IMG/VR virus record: IMGVR_UViG_3300049846_001252
From: a virus
Lineage: Duplodnaviria > Heunggongvirae > Uroviricota > Caudoviricetes
DNA: 64,000 bases
Strand: one strand, 5' to 3'
Positions 16,843-26,869 of the stretch are shown in pieces (the stretch's first letter is position 1; the number at the start of each line of letters is the position of its first letter). The notes below the pieces were generated by a model. That model ran no database searches. It had not been told where the DNA came from and saw only the letters and a list, made by a program, of their open reading frames with translations. The position numbers were made by a program, and so were the translations under genes.

Positions 16843-18873
16843 ATGGATAATACTTCAGCGAAATCATATCGTCGAGTCAGTAGAGGATTAAATAAGAACT
16901 ATTTAATTCCCTTTGATGACAAATACTGGGATGAAATCTCGGCCCTGATAAATAAAAATCCAGATGATGACTATTACGAATCAATTTTTGAATACAATCA
17001 AGAACATAAAGACAAATACGATAAAACTAAATCTGTAGCTGGGTCCACAGGACTAAAGACTTCGCGCATTATATTTGACTTTGATAGCGCAAATGACATG
17101 GATGCAGCAAAGAGTGACGCATCAGAACTCTGTGCCAGACTTTTAAAAGAAGGTATACCTCAAGATGGTATACGATGCTTTTTTTCGGGCAGCAAAGGAT
17201 TTCACGTTGAAATCGACACTAATGAAAAACTAACTAAAAAAGAAGTTGACAACATAGTTGCAAACTTCGCTAAAGATTTAGTAACTCTAGATCAAAAGAT
17301 CAGGGATGAACAGCGGGTAATCCGTCTTCCACTAACTAAGCATCAAAAAACCGGGCTATATAAGATTCCACTAACAGTCGAGGAAATGACTGGCCTAGGC
17401 ATTGATGACATCCAACAAAAAGCTCATGCACTATTTATCCAAGACGAGACAGAGTATGAAGAAATGCTCAACCTCTGGTCTGGCTGGAGAAAAGTAGAAC
17501 TTCCCACTAACATCAAAAATATTAAAAACTTAAATAAAGAAGAGTTTGAAGTATTTGAAGATAACATAGCGTTACAAGATGCCCCGGATTTTTCTAAGAA
17601 GCCTCCACATTTGAGTGCGACTAAGTTTGCGTTACAAGAAGGGTTTTTCGGGGATGGGGAACGTAACGAAGCTTGTATGATTCTAGCCAGCACGTACAAG
17701 CATCTAGGATATAATAAAGAACTAGCATACAACATGCTCAAGGCAACTCTTCGGCTTAGAGCAAAACGTTTAGGTCATAAGGATTACGATAAAGAAGAAT
17801 TATGGAATACAATTATTAATATTGTATATAGTGAGAATTGGCGCGGGGGGACATATTCTGAGGCCAACAACTCGCTTTTGCGAAAGTTGGCCGAAACCTA
17901 CAATATAAAGGAACAAGAAGAAAAGCTATTTAAAACTCCTTCAGACGTTTCTACTTCGGCACTTACTTTTATCAACAACTTAGAAGAGAATAGAGTTTAT
18001 ACTGGAATTGAGTCATTAGATGAGAATTTAGTTTTAACTCGTGGCATGATGGTTGGAGTGCTCGGTGCCCCTAGTTCGGGTAAGACCTCGCTTGCCAATA
18101 TGTTTTCAGAGTTTACTTCATTACACAATAATGGAGTATTATACGTTTCTGCCGATATGAGTGAAGACCTGCTAGGCATTAGAATGTTAAGTAAATACTC
18201 TGGTAAAAGTATGAAGGATATTGAGAATATTCTTAAAGAGAAGGACTTATCAGAACTTCCGGAAAATCATATTATTCGTCAAGCAGAAAAAGAATTTCAT
18301 GCATCATTCCAAAATACATTATTTACGTTTAAAACCGGACTCAATGTTGAAACATTACGCCAAACACTAATCGAAGCAAAAAACACCAATCCGGGACTAA
18401 CATTGGTCATCATCGACTATTTAGAAAAAATTAAAGGACCATATCAAGACGCAAACACTAATGGGTCATATGTTGCATCAAACATTGCGGACATGGCTAA
18501 AGAATTAAATGTGTGTATAATTCTAATGCTTCAGCCACAGAAGTCGGCGGGAGACCCAAGTGAGCCATTACTTTCAATGAGGAAAATTAAGGGATCGTCG
18601 GTAATTGAACAAGATTGTCGAGCGGTTATAACAATCTGGAGACCGGGCTTTGACCCGGAAACCGCACACACTGATGAAAACTTGGATAAATATTCATGTA
18701 TTGCCATAGTAAAACAAAATATGGGCTCATTAGGAAAATTTGACTTTAAATGGGACCCTATCCGTGGTACAATAACAGAACTTACAAACAAAGACATACC
18801 GCAGTATGAACAAGACATGCAACTAATCCAGTCAAGACGTGAAGCTAAAAACTCATCCGAGGATTTATACTAA
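16843..18873 (+). CDS. bifunctional AEP primase (prim-pol-like) / DnaB-family helicase
   Basis: N-terminal AEP motifs IFDFDSANDMD and FSGSKGFHVEID; C-terminal Walker A GVLGAPSSGKTS; start moved to ATG 16843 downstream of the terminator. Confidence 0.75.
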   Translation: MDNTSAKSYRRVSRGLNKNYLIPFDDKYWDEISALINKNPDDDYYESIFEYNQEHKDKYDKTKSVAGSTGLKTSRIIFDFDSANDMDAAKSDASELCARLLKEGIPQDGIRCFFSGSKGFHVEIDTNEKLTKKEVDNIVANFAKDLVTLDQKIRDEQRVIRLPLTKHQKTGLYKIPLTVEEMTGLGIDDIQQKAHALFIQDETEYEEMLNLWSGWRKVELPTNIKNIKNLNKEEFEVFEDNIALQDAPDFSKKPPHLSATKFALQEGFFGDGERNEACMILASTYKHLGYNKELAYNMLKATLRLRAKRLGHKDYDKEELWNTIINIVYSENWRGGTYSEANNSLLRKLAETYNIKEQEEKLFKTPSDVSTSALTFINNLEENRVYTGIESLDENLVLTRGMMVGVLGAPSSGKTSLANMFSEFTSLHNNGVLYVSADMSEDLLGIRMLSKYSGKSMKDIENILKEKDLSELPENHIIRQAEKEFHASFQNTLFTFKTGLNVETLRQTLIEAKNTNPGLTLVIIDYLEKIKGPYQDANTNGSYVASNIADMAKELNVCIILMLQPQKSAGDPSEPLLSMRKIKGSSVIEQDCRAVITIWRPGFDPETAHTDENLDKYSCIAIVKQNMGSLGKFDFKWDPIRGTITELTNKDIPQYEQDMQLIQSRREAKNSSEDLY

Positions 18874-18875
18874 TT

Positions 18876-20432
18876 ATGGACCAACAGACTAGAGATCTCA
18901 TTTATGGTAAAGATCCAACAGAACGAGTTGTCTGCGTTGAAGCCGATGAGGATTTCTTTACTATATTTACGGAAGATGAAAAAGGCAATGTTAACGAAGA
19001 GATTCGCAGTAGTTCATATTGGCTATTGACCCCGGCTAAGTATTCACAAAATGCTTCGCGGCTAAAAGGAAACCAGTTCTACAAATACATATCCCATTTC
19101 TCTACTAAGAAAGAGAAAATTATAGCAGTAGGCTCGTTAAAGAAATCCAATAAAGACTATTATACTATGTGGGACGACAAGGAATCAATTCTAGTAAACA
19201 AAGGCATTACGTACTTTAAAGGGTTGAAGCCACAGGATGTTTCTGTTCTATTTTTTGATATTGAGTCTACAGGACTAGTTAAGGACGACACGTCTAAAGT
19301 TCTTCTTATTGCAAACACTTTTCGTCGTAATGGAAAGATTACAAAGAAAATGTTCTGCTATGATGATTTTGAATCAGAAGCGGATATGTTTGATGCATGG
19401 TGCGAATGGGTAAGAAAGATGAACCCATCGATAGTGTGCGGGCATAACATTATTTCGTATGACTTGCCGTACATGGCTCATTGTGCGCAGAAAGCGGGCA
19501 CCGGACTAAGACTGGGAAGAGATGAAAGTTACATGACTTTCAGCGATTTCCCATCTCAATTTAGAAAAGATGGATCTCAAACTTATACATTTAATGAAGT
19601 TAAGATATTTGGTAGAGAAGTAGTTGATACTATGTTTTTGGCGATTAAGTATGACATTAAGCGCAAATATGAGAGTTATGGATTAAAATCTATTATTGCA
19701 CAAGAAGGACTTGAAAAAGAAAATCGGGAATTCTATGACGCAAGCAAGATTAAGGATAATTATAAAATTCCTGAAGAGTGGAAGAAGATTAAGAAATACG
19801 CAAAAGATGATGCGGACGATGCACTAAGTTTATATGATTTGATGATTCCGTCGTTTTTCTATTTTGCTCAAAATATTCCGAAACCATTTCAGATGATTAT
19901 TAATAAAGCTACTGGATCACAAATTAATTCGTTTCTCGTTAGAAGCTATTTACAATTAAACCATAGCATTCCAAAGGCCAGCGAAGTAACATCAAGTTAC
20001 GAAGGCGCAATAAGTTTTGGAGTTGCTGGTCGATATAAAAATTGTTTAAAATTAGACATAGCGAGTCTTTATCCCTCTATCATAGAACAATATGAAGTGT
20101 ATGACAAATACAAAGATCCATTAAAACATTTTCTAAAAGCAGTTCAAATTTTCAGAGAACAACGACTTTTAAATAAACAGAAATTTAAAGAAACAAAAGA
20201 TAAGTATTACGAGGATTTATCTGAATCAATGAAGATTAGTATTAACAGTATGTACGGATTCATGGGAACAAATGGACTTAATTTTAATTCTCCAGCCAAT
20301 GCCGCATTCGTTACAGAGATGGGAAGAAACATATTAGAGCAAGGAATTAAGTTTGCAACAAACCAATCCGCTGAATATTGGAAAAATATAAAGAATGAAG
20401 AGTCTGAGGAATTAGAAGATGATGAACTATAA
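18876..20432 (+). CDS. family-B DNA polymerase, N-terminal part (exonuclease domain, motifs A and B)
   Basis: Exo I FFDIESTGL; motif A LDIASLYPS; motif B KISINSMYG. Confidence 0.8.
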   Translation: MDQQTRDLIYGKDPTERVVCVEADEDFFTIFTEDEKGNVNEEIRSSSYWLLTPAKYSQNASRLKGNQFYKYISHFSTKKEKIIAVGSLKKSNKDYYTMWDDKESILVNKGITYFKGLKPQDVSVLFFDIESTGLVKDDTSKVLLIANTFRRNGKITKKMFCYDDFESEADMFDAWCEWVRKMNPSIVCGHNIISYDLPYMAHCAQKAGTGLRLGRDESYMTFSDFPSQFRKDGSQTYTFNEVKIFGREVVDTMFLAIKYDIKRKYESYGLKSIIAQEGLEKENREFYDASKIKDNYKIPEEWKKIKKYAKDDADDALSLYDLMIPSFFYFAQNIPKPFQMIINKATGSQINSFLVRSYLQLNHSIPKASEVTSSYEGAISFGVAGRYKNCLKLDIASLYPSIIEQYEVYDKYKDPLKHFLKAVQIFREQRLLNKQKFKETKDKYYEDLSESMKISINSMYGFMGTNGLNFNSPANAAFVTEMGRNILEQGIKFATNQSAEYWKNIKNEESEELEDDEL

Positions 20433-21240
20433 TCATGTCCTTGTCAACGCCGATACCGATTCATTTATGGTGACTAAGCCTGACGGATCTCCTTGGTCAG
20501 AGGAAGAACAGGAAAAGTTCAGACAAGAGTTAAATAAACAATTTCCTGAAAAGATTGTATGGGAGCATGACGGTTTATTTTCGAACGTAATTGTAGTGAA
20601 GTCAAAGAACTACGTATTAAAAGATGCGGAAACTGGAAAAGTTAAAATCAAGGGTTCTTCTCTCAAAGATCAAAAGAAAGAAAAGAAGCTTCTGGAGTTC
20701 ATCGGAAAGATTATTGATGCATTATTGGCCGATAAGAAAGAACCAGAACTTGTTGAAATCTATAACGAATACATTAAGCAAGCGTGTCAGTTGACCGATA
20801 GTATGGCCGGTTGGTGCAAGAAGGTTACAGTTACTAGCAAGATTACTAAGTGCAAAGGACACGAGAAACTCGACACTGAGGAAAAAAAACGTCGCGGACT
20901 AAGGAAGAACGAGACATCAGTATATGACGCACTCCAAGGTAAGTTTGTCCAAGAAGGAGACAAGATATACGTCTTTTTCAATAAAAAAGGAGTTTTGACC
21001 CTGGAGGAGAATTTTAAGCCGGGGGATTATAGTGAACAAAAACTAGTCAGTAAGATATATAGCACCTTGAAAACATTCAAAAATGTTATTGACATTGAGC
21101 AATTTCCAAAGTATCATTTAAAGAAGAATAACAATTTATTACAGGAGTTATTAGGTAATGTTCAAGATATCGGACCTAGAGAAAGTTCTACAAAAGGCAA
21201 AAGAAAACAACGAGACACACCTAGCGAGAATAGACCTTAA
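20419..21240 (+). CDS. family-B DNA polymerase, C-terminal part (motif C)
   Basis: VNADTDSFMV (DTDS motif C) 12 codons into the ORF; +1 frame relative to the N-terminal part. Confidence 0.75.
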   Translation: MMNYNHVLVNADTDSFMVTKPDGSPWSEEEQEKFRQELNKQFPEKIVWEHDGLFSNVIVVKSKNYVLKDAETGKVKIKGSSLKDQKKEKKLLEFIGKIIDALLADKKEPELVEIYNEYIKQACQLTDSMAGWCKKVTVTSKITKCKGHEKLDTEEKKRRGLRKNETSVYDALQGKFVQEGDKIYVFFNKKGVLTLEENFKPGDYSEQKLVSKIYSTLKTFKNVIDIEQFPKYHLKKNNNLLQELLGNVQDIGPRESSTKGKRKQRDTPSENRP

Positions 21241-21415
21241 AGGGTCCATGTCGGGACCATTTGGCGAGACAGCCAAACAGATCGATTTAGTGTTTTCAGC
21301 AAAAAATCGCGCATCGGTTACATTTGCGGCAGATGGATTCTATCAGCCCCCATCTTTTAAAAGCGATACATTGGTAGAGGTTTTAAAAGAAGAAAAGGAA
21401 ACAAAGGATGAGTAA
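21158..21415 (+). CDS. hypothetical protein
   Basis: ORF overlapping the end of the pol gene. Confidence 0.3.
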   Translation: MFKISDLEKVLQKAKENNETHLARIDLKGSMSGPFGETAKQIDLVFSAKNRASVTFAADGFYQPPSFKSDTLVEVLKEEKETKDE

Positions 21416-22694
21416 AAAGAAAAAAAACCAGGACAAGGCACTTGAGATAAAGGCACAAATCGAACAAGTTGCCGAAGACATGGATATTCATCCAAGTCTA
21501 GTTACGAAAAAAGACTTAGACGTTACTGATTGGACATGGAAGCAGGTCGGCGGATTAGAACTCATCAAACGAAAATTTTTTCCTTTTGAAGAAAAGGACT
21601 TAGCATTTATTGAAGAAGCAAAAGACGATTCTGCTTATATATCAAAGTTAGAAAGCTCTTTAGGAAAGAGAGACTTGTTAGATAGAAAATTAGTAGAAGA
21701 AATTCAAAAAAACTTTAAGCCTATTGTTAAAATAAAGCCAACAAGTTTAAGAACAAAAAATAAATCTAAAATTAAACGCGAAATGGTGGCAATGCTTAAT
21801 GACACACATATCGGAGTCATCGTAGACCCAGAAGAAGTAAATCATGGAAATAGCTTTGATTTTAAAGAGGCAGGTAGAAGATTTGCATTATTTGCGAAAG
21901 AAGTATCTGACTATAAACCCCATGCTAGAAATGAAACTAAAAAACTACATTTAGTGTTAAATGGAGATCTAATTGCAGGACTGATCCACGGCCTGACCAC
22001 TAGGTCGATACATTTAATGATTCATCAGATTAATGGCGCAGTCCATATTTTTTCACATACAATCGCGCATTTAGCTAAAGATTTTGAAGAACTAGAAATA
22101 CATGCCATACCTGGAAATCATTGCAGAGCCGTACACAAAGAGCACGGTAAAAGGGCGATTGCTGAAACATACGATTCATATGCAAATATAATCTTTTATG
22201 CTCTGTCTGGAATATTTAAGAATAACAAACAAATCAAGTTTAATGTTCCAAAAACTCCATATGGATTTATTAATCTACCTGCCGGTAGAGCCATGTATGC
22301 TCACGGGGATCATTTATTCAGTAAGGCACTAGGTAATCCTGGAAGATCGATTAACGTAAAAGCGTTAAGCGGAGCAATTAAGGACTTTAATGCTGGGGAG
22401 ATAGCTAAAGGTAATAAACCAGTAAAGTTGCTACTTTTAGCTCACGTTCATACATTTGCTCATTTCATAACCGATGATGGAGTCGAAGTATACATTGCAC
22501 CGAGTCTTTCCGGATTAGACCAATTCGCGCATAGTTTAACGATTAATAACAATTTCGTTGCGCAAGTAGTATTTGAATCTACAAACAAATACATTCTTGG
22601 AGATTCAAGACTTATTCGTCTGAATGAAGCAGATAATCAGTCAGATCTAGATAAAATTATCCCAGAGTATAAAAAGGAATTAGTGTATAAATAA
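21408..22694 (+). CDS. calcineurin-like metallophosphoesterase (SbcD/Mre11-like nuclease?)
   Basis: MLNDTHIG (DxH), NGDLIAG, GNHC, HGDH, LLAHVHTFAH motifs; adjacent to PolB. Confidence 0.55.
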   Translation: MSKKKKNQDKALEIKAQIEQVAEDMDIHPSLVTKKDLDVTDWTWKQVGGLELIKRKFFPFEEKDLAFIEEAKDDSAYISKLESSLGKRDLLDRKLVEEIQKNFKPIVKIKPTSLRTKNKSKIKREMVAMLNDTHIGVIVDPEEVNHGNSFDFKEAGRRFALFAKEVSDYKPHARNETKKLHLVLNGDLIAGLIHGLTTRSIHLMIHQINGAVHIFSHTIAHLAKDFEELEIHAIPGNHCRAVHKEHGKRAIAETYDSYANIIFYALSGIFKNNKQIKFNVPKTPYGFINLPAGRAMYAHGDHLFSKALGNPGRSINVKALSGAIKDFNAGEIAKGNKPVKLLLLAHVHTFAHFITDDGVEVYIAPSLSGLDQFAHSLTINNNFVAQVVFESTNKYILGDSRLIRLNEADNQSDLDKIIPEYKKELVYK

Positions 22695-23356
22695 TGGGAG
22701 ATAAACCTGATGAAGTTAAACAATATATAGACTTAAATAAACCAGAACATGCATATCTTTTTGGTTATTTGTGGGCAGATGGACACATTGATAAAAAACA
22801 ACACTCAATTAGTGCGTCATCTAAAGAACCAGATATAATTAACGAACTACATAAAACATTTACTGGAAATAAATCATATCGCCAGAGAATTCAAAAAGAA
22901 ACCGGAGCAGTCAAGGATGTATATGAGTGGAGGCTATCCAGAGTTCTTTTTAGTAGAGACGTTCAAAGTAAGAATTTCAGAAAAAATACAGACTGCATTC
23001 CTGAACGTTCAATTCCGGCGTTTCTATTGGGATTTCTCGATGGAGACGGATGTATATACAGTAATAAAAGCTTATTTCAAGTAACATTTACATCAAAAGA
23101 ATCAGAAGATTGGAATTGGTTTATTGAGGCGACACAGAAAATAAAATCTCCAATATTTAAGATATCAAAAAGATCTAGTTGGTGCAGAAGCTTAGGTAAA
23201 CGAACTCACTCATCGATAGCTCGATTAACTTCATCAAACGCTTTAAAATTTCTAGATATATTGTATAATAATTATAACGGTATTTGTCTAACACGTAAAA
23301 AAGAAAAATATCTTTCTCGAAAGAAAACGGTTGACAAAGAACGTACTTCAAGCTAA
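22694..23356 (+). CDS. LAGLIDADG homing endonuclease (two-motif, monomeric type)
   Basis: LFGYLWADGHI and LLGFLDGDGCI motifs. Confidence 0.7.
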   Translation: MGDKPDEVKQYIDLNKPEHAYLFGYLWADGHIDKKQHSISASSKEPDIINELHKTFTGNKSYRQRIQKETGAVKDVYEWRLSRVLFSRDVQSKNFRKNTDCIPERSIPAFLLGFLDGDGCIYSNKSLFQVTFTSKESEDWNWFIEATQKIKSPIFKISKRSSWCRSLGKRTHSSIARLTSSNALKFLDILYNNYNGICLTRKKEKYLSRKKTVDKERTSS

Positions 23357-23385
23357 TATTAATAAAACAACACAAGAGGAGGCTC

Positions 23386-23721
23386 ATGTCACAAGAAACT
23401 AAAGCGGCGAAAAATGACAAACAAAAAATCGACTTATCACTATTACCAAAAATTCTTTTAGTTGAGTCAGCTAAAGCATTTATGGTAGGAGAACGTAAGT
23501 ATGGACGATATAATTATTGTAAAGGTCATAAAGCCAGTCAACTAACAGCAGCAGCGATGAGACATCTAACTGCATGGTTCGATGGCGAGGAACTCGACCC
23601 AGAAGACGGTCAGCCCCATCTAGGAGCAGTAGTTGCTTGCATCGGAATGCTACTAAGACAACAGGAATTAAACACATTAGAAGATGATAGATTTAAAAAA
23701 CCTCCCTCAAAAAAGGAATAA
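23386..23721 (+). CDS. hypothetical protein (possibly DUF5664 / dNTP pyrophosphohydrolase-N-like)
   Basis: ERKYGRYNY...AAAMRHLTAWFDGEELDPEDGQPHLGAV pattern; recollection-based family assignment. Confidence 0.3.
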   Translation: MSQETKAAKNDKQKIDLSLLPKILLVESAKAFMVGERKYGRYNYCKGHKASQLTAAAMRHLTAWFDGEELDPEDGQPHLGAVVACIGMLLRQQELNTLEDDRFKKPPSKKE

Positions 23722-23724
23722 TTA

Positions 23725-24117
23725 ATGAGTAAGAAATCTCCCATGTTTCTAGAAAAAGAAGCCACGATCTACTGTGATGTAGATGATACTCTATTGATGT
23801 GGGGAGAATATCCTTATTCGCCAGAAAAAGGCAGAATTCCAATTTTAGACCCATATGATGGGGGGACCGTATTTCTAACTCCGCATAGAAGACATGTAAA
23901 GCTTCTTAAAGACAAATCGGCCCGTGGGTTTGGGGTCGTGGTCTGGTCCGCTGGCGGCGCTGCCTGGGCCAAAGCTGCCGTAGATGCGTTAGGTCTAGCC
24001 GATCATGTTGACGTTATTTTAGCAAAACCAGGGACATATGTAGATGACTTGAAGTGTCAGGAATTCATGGGTTCACATTTATATCTACAGGACTACAAAG
24101 AAGAGAAAGAAGAATAA
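23725..24117 (+). CDS. HAD-superfamily phosphatase
   Basis: motif I CDVDDTL (DxDxT). Confidence 0.5.
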   Translation: MSKKSPMFLEKEATIYCDVDDTLLMWGEYPYSPEKGRIPILDPYDGGTVFLTPHRRHVKLLKDKSARGFGVVVWSAGGAAWAKAAVDALGLADHVDVILAKPGTYVDDLKCQEFMGSHLYLQDYKEEKEE

Positions 24118-24119
24118 AG

Positions 24120-25172
24120 ATGGCAGAAATTAAACAAGAAGCTCCAAACTGTTTCAAAGTCGTAGGAAATATGTTTTTCCCATTTTCAAACGACAATATA
24201 GTTCAAAAACTACCCCCAGGTATTTACGAGATTGAGCAACCATTTGGGTCTCCGCCGTATTTAGAACAATTAAATATTAAGACAGATAATGTAGTACAAA
24301 TGAAAGGTTCAGTCACGGAACAGGTATTAGCCGAAGTAGAGAAATTCTGGTCAGACGGAGTTAGTCAGAAATTCAAGGATTACGGACTAATTCATAAACG
24401 TGGAATTCTACTGCATGGAGATCCCGGATGCGGTAAGACCATTACACTTTCCCAAGTTGCTAAGTATGTTGCAACAAACGGCGGGATAGTACTGTTTAAT
24501 CCTGGAGTTAATGCATTAGTTTATATGGTAAAGCGTATCAGAGAAATTAACGGGGATGGAACTAAGATCTGCGTTATGTGGGAAGAATTTGATACAATGT
24601 TAAATCGAGATGAAGCTGCGTTACTGTCGTTACTCGACGGGGAATTGCAAATCTCCAACGTATTATACATTGCAACAACTAACTACATTTCAAAAGTGCC
24701 AGCCAGAATAAAGAATCGACCATCTAGATTTGCACGAATTATCGAAGTGCAGCGTCCAACCAAGGAAGCACGGCTTGCGTTCTTCAAACAAAAATTAGTA
24801 GGAGATGATAAGAAGTATATTGAAAATTTTGCAGAGATTACCGAAGGATTTGTAGTAGATCAAATGAAGGACTTAATTATTTCTGTCTGTTGTTTTGGCA
24901 CAAATCCTGCCGAAGCAGTTAATAAAATTCTTGAAATGTCAGGCCAAAGTATGGGCGAAGACGACTACTCAGAGCTTAAGAAAAAAGAAGTATTCAATAG
25001 AGAAATGGAATCAATTAATAAAGAAAAAAGAGAAACAATTAAAACCATTAAAAACATTTCTAATCAGGGAGAACAATCGTCCCTTAAGGAGATGTTAGCA
25101 GACATAGTAGATGATATGGAAAACCAAGTTATTGCGTTTAAGCAAGAAGGACATAACGATGAAGATTTATGA
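24120..25172 (+). CDS. AAA+ ATPase
   Basis: Walker A HGDPGCGKT, Walker-B-like ICVMWEEFD; start moved to ATG 24120 just after the upstream stop. Confidence 0.65.
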   Translation: MAEIKQEAPNCFKVVGNMFFPFSNDNIVQKLPPGIYEIEQPFGSPPYLEQLNIKTDNVVQMKGSVTEQVLAEVEKFWSDGVSQKFKDYGLIHKRGILLHGDPGCGKTITLSQVAKYVATNGGIVLFNPGVNALVYMVKRIREINGDGTKICVMWEEFDTMLNRDEAALLSLLDGELQISNVLYIATTNYISKVPARIKNRPSRFARIIEVQRPTKEARLAFFKQKLVGDDKKYIENFAEITEGFVVDQMKDLIISVCCFGTNPAEAVNKILEMSGQSMGEDDYSELKKKEVFNREMESINKEKRETIKTIKNISNQGEQSSLKEMLADIVDDMENQVIAFKQEGHNDEDL

Positions 25173-25371
25173 ATTTGAAGTAGAAGACATTCGCGGCACT
25201 AGACACCGTATTAACGTCGAAGGGAACTCTCTAGGCGACGCTAAGAGTAAATTTCGTCCTGGATCAGTAGTTGAAGATTGCGTTACCAAAGAAGAGTACT
25301 ATACCGAGAAATTTTTAAGACGAAAATTAATATCAGAAGATAACAATAGTAATAATGCAAATAAAACTTAG
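25111..25371 (+). CDS. hypothetical protein
   Basis: ORF. Confidence 0.3.
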   Translation: MIWKTKLLRLSKKDITMKIYEFEVEDIRGTRHRINVEGNSLGDAKSKFRPGSVVEDCVTKEEYYTEKFLRRKLISEDNNSNNANKT

Positions 25372-25792
25372 AATATATCCAGATAATATTCTAAGAAAGA
25401 CATGCAGAAAAGTTACGAAGTTCGACATTAAACTTAAGATGTTGTCTGGATTGATGCACTTAAAACTTCCTGAATGGAGCGGATTAGGATTATCTGCTCC
25501 ACAAATTGGTCGAGACATTCAACTTATCGTCATAAATATCCCAGGTCAGGTTAAACGAACCATAATTAATCCAGAGTTAATTGAACAAAGTTTAGATATA
25601 TTCTATTGGAATGAGGGATGTCTTAGTTTTCCGGACTTATTCATAAAAAAATCCAGACCAAAGACAATTAAAATTAAGTATCAAAATTTAGACGGGGAAG
25701 AGATTATTGAGGAATTTCAAGATCTTGTTGCTTTCTGTATACAGCACGAGATGGATCACTTATCAGGAAAATTATTAATAGATAACTCTTGA
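25355..25792 (+). CDS. def: peptide deformylase
   Basis: all three PDF motifs: GLSAPQIG, EGCLSFPD, QHEMDHLSG. Confidence 0.85.
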   Translation: MQIKLRIYPDNILRKTCRKVTKFDIKLKMLSGLMHLKLPEWSGLGLSAPQIGRDIQLIVINIPGQVKRTIINPELIEQSLDIFYWNEGCLSFPDLFIKKSRPKTIKIKYQNLDGEEIIEEFQDLVAFCIQHEMDHLSGKLLIDNS

Positions 25793-25819
25793 CATTATGC
25801 AAGAACTATGCCACAATAT
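25789..25819 (+). promoter_or_regulatory. possible sigma70-like promoter (TTGACA, 17-nt spacer, CACAAT)
   Basis: perfect -35 hexamer overlapping the def stop; weak -10; very short leader before ATG 25829. Confidence 0.2.
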
Positions 25820-25828
25820 AAGAGATAA

Positions 25829-26089
25829 ATGGGAAAAAATCGACGTAAGAATAGTAAAGAAGTCGAGTATTTAAAAGGGGAAATACGTCGTCTTCGTCGT
25901 CAGATTAAGGACCTTTCAAAGCAGAAAGGAATTTCTGAAACTTCCCAGGCTGAAGAATACGAACCAATTCAGCTAGTAGAATGTACTGAGTGCGGCAAAG
26001 GAATTATTAATTTGATTCTTTCAATGGATAGAATGGACATCTTTGAGTGCAACGTGTGTGACTTCAGGAAAACAGTAAAGAAAGAATAA
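25829..26089 (+). CDS. Zn-ribbon protein (CxxC...CxxC) with basic N-terminus
   Basis: CTECGKG...CNVCDF. Confidence 0.4.
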   Translation: MGKNRRKNSKEVEYLKGEIRRLRRQIKDLSKQKGISETSQAEEYEPIQLVECTECGKGIINLILSMDRMDIFECNVCDFRKTVKKE

Positions 26090-26094
26090 TAGTA

Positions 26095-26553
26095 GTGTCT
26101 AGAAAAAAGGCGAAGGGTTTACATCAATGGCTTATCCCCAAATTACGCCGCATTTCTATGTTTTGGCCTCAGAAAGCAATTGCTAGAAAAAAATCTAAAC
26201 ACATTATTGAAGTCGGTAAGTTCAAGAACGGACGCCCTAAACTCAAGACAATGTATGAGTGCGCAATGTGCGGACCTGACTATCTGTATGAAAAAGAAGA
26301 AACTCATATGGATCACATAGTTCCTGTTGTGGATTTAAGCGGATTTACTAATTGGGATGACTACATTAATGGACTCTTTGCTCCGGTAGAAAACTACCAG
26401 ACCCTATGCATCCCGCATCATGAAGAAAAATCTAAGGCAGAGAACAAAAAACGCTTGACATTAAGCAAGAACTATGCCAAAATGAATAGTAAGTATAATT
26501 ATAAACGTAAATATAAGCGATCTGTTAGGAAAAAACGTGCTAGAAGCAATTAA
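26095..26553 (+). CDS. HNH endonuclease
   Basis: CAMCG...HMDHIVPV...TLCIPHHEEK (Cys pair plus HNH His/Asn core). Confidence 0.7.
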   Translation: MSRKKAKGLHQWLIPKLRRISMFWPQKAIARKKSKHIIEVGKFKNGRPKLKTMYECAMCGPDYLYEKEETHMDHIVPVVDLSGFTNWDDYINGLFAPVENYQTLCIPHHEEKSKAENKKRLTLSKNYAKMNSKYNYKRKYKRSVRKKRARSN

Positions 26554-26869
26554 GACGATTTTTGAATCTGCGGCCAAAAACGGAATCTATATGCCATCAG
26601 CATATGATTCCGATAAAAGAGGTCCGAGCGTCACGTTGTTTTTTTCTCACGTAACTTTTGTATTAGCAGTATTTCTAACAATTCTTCTGGCGTTCAGACC
26701 AGACGTATTTACGGCAACAGTAACATGCATTATGTTCTGGGTCATGGCAACAGTATTTTATTTGATAAGAAGACTAAAAACATTTAAAGCAGATCTAGAT
26801 GATAGATCTATCGAACTCCAAGGAGAAGAAAGCAAAGATGAGCAAGAGCAGCCTAACAACCCTAACTAA
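26537..26869 (+). CDS. small membrane protein (2 TM)
   Basis: two hydrophobic helices; acidic C-terminus. Confidence 0.4.
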   Translation: MLEAIKTIFESAAKNGIYMPSAYDSDKRGPSVTLFFSHVTFVLAVFLTILLAFRPDVFTATVTCIMFWVMATVFYLIRRLKTFKADLDDRSIELQGEESKDEQEQPNNPN

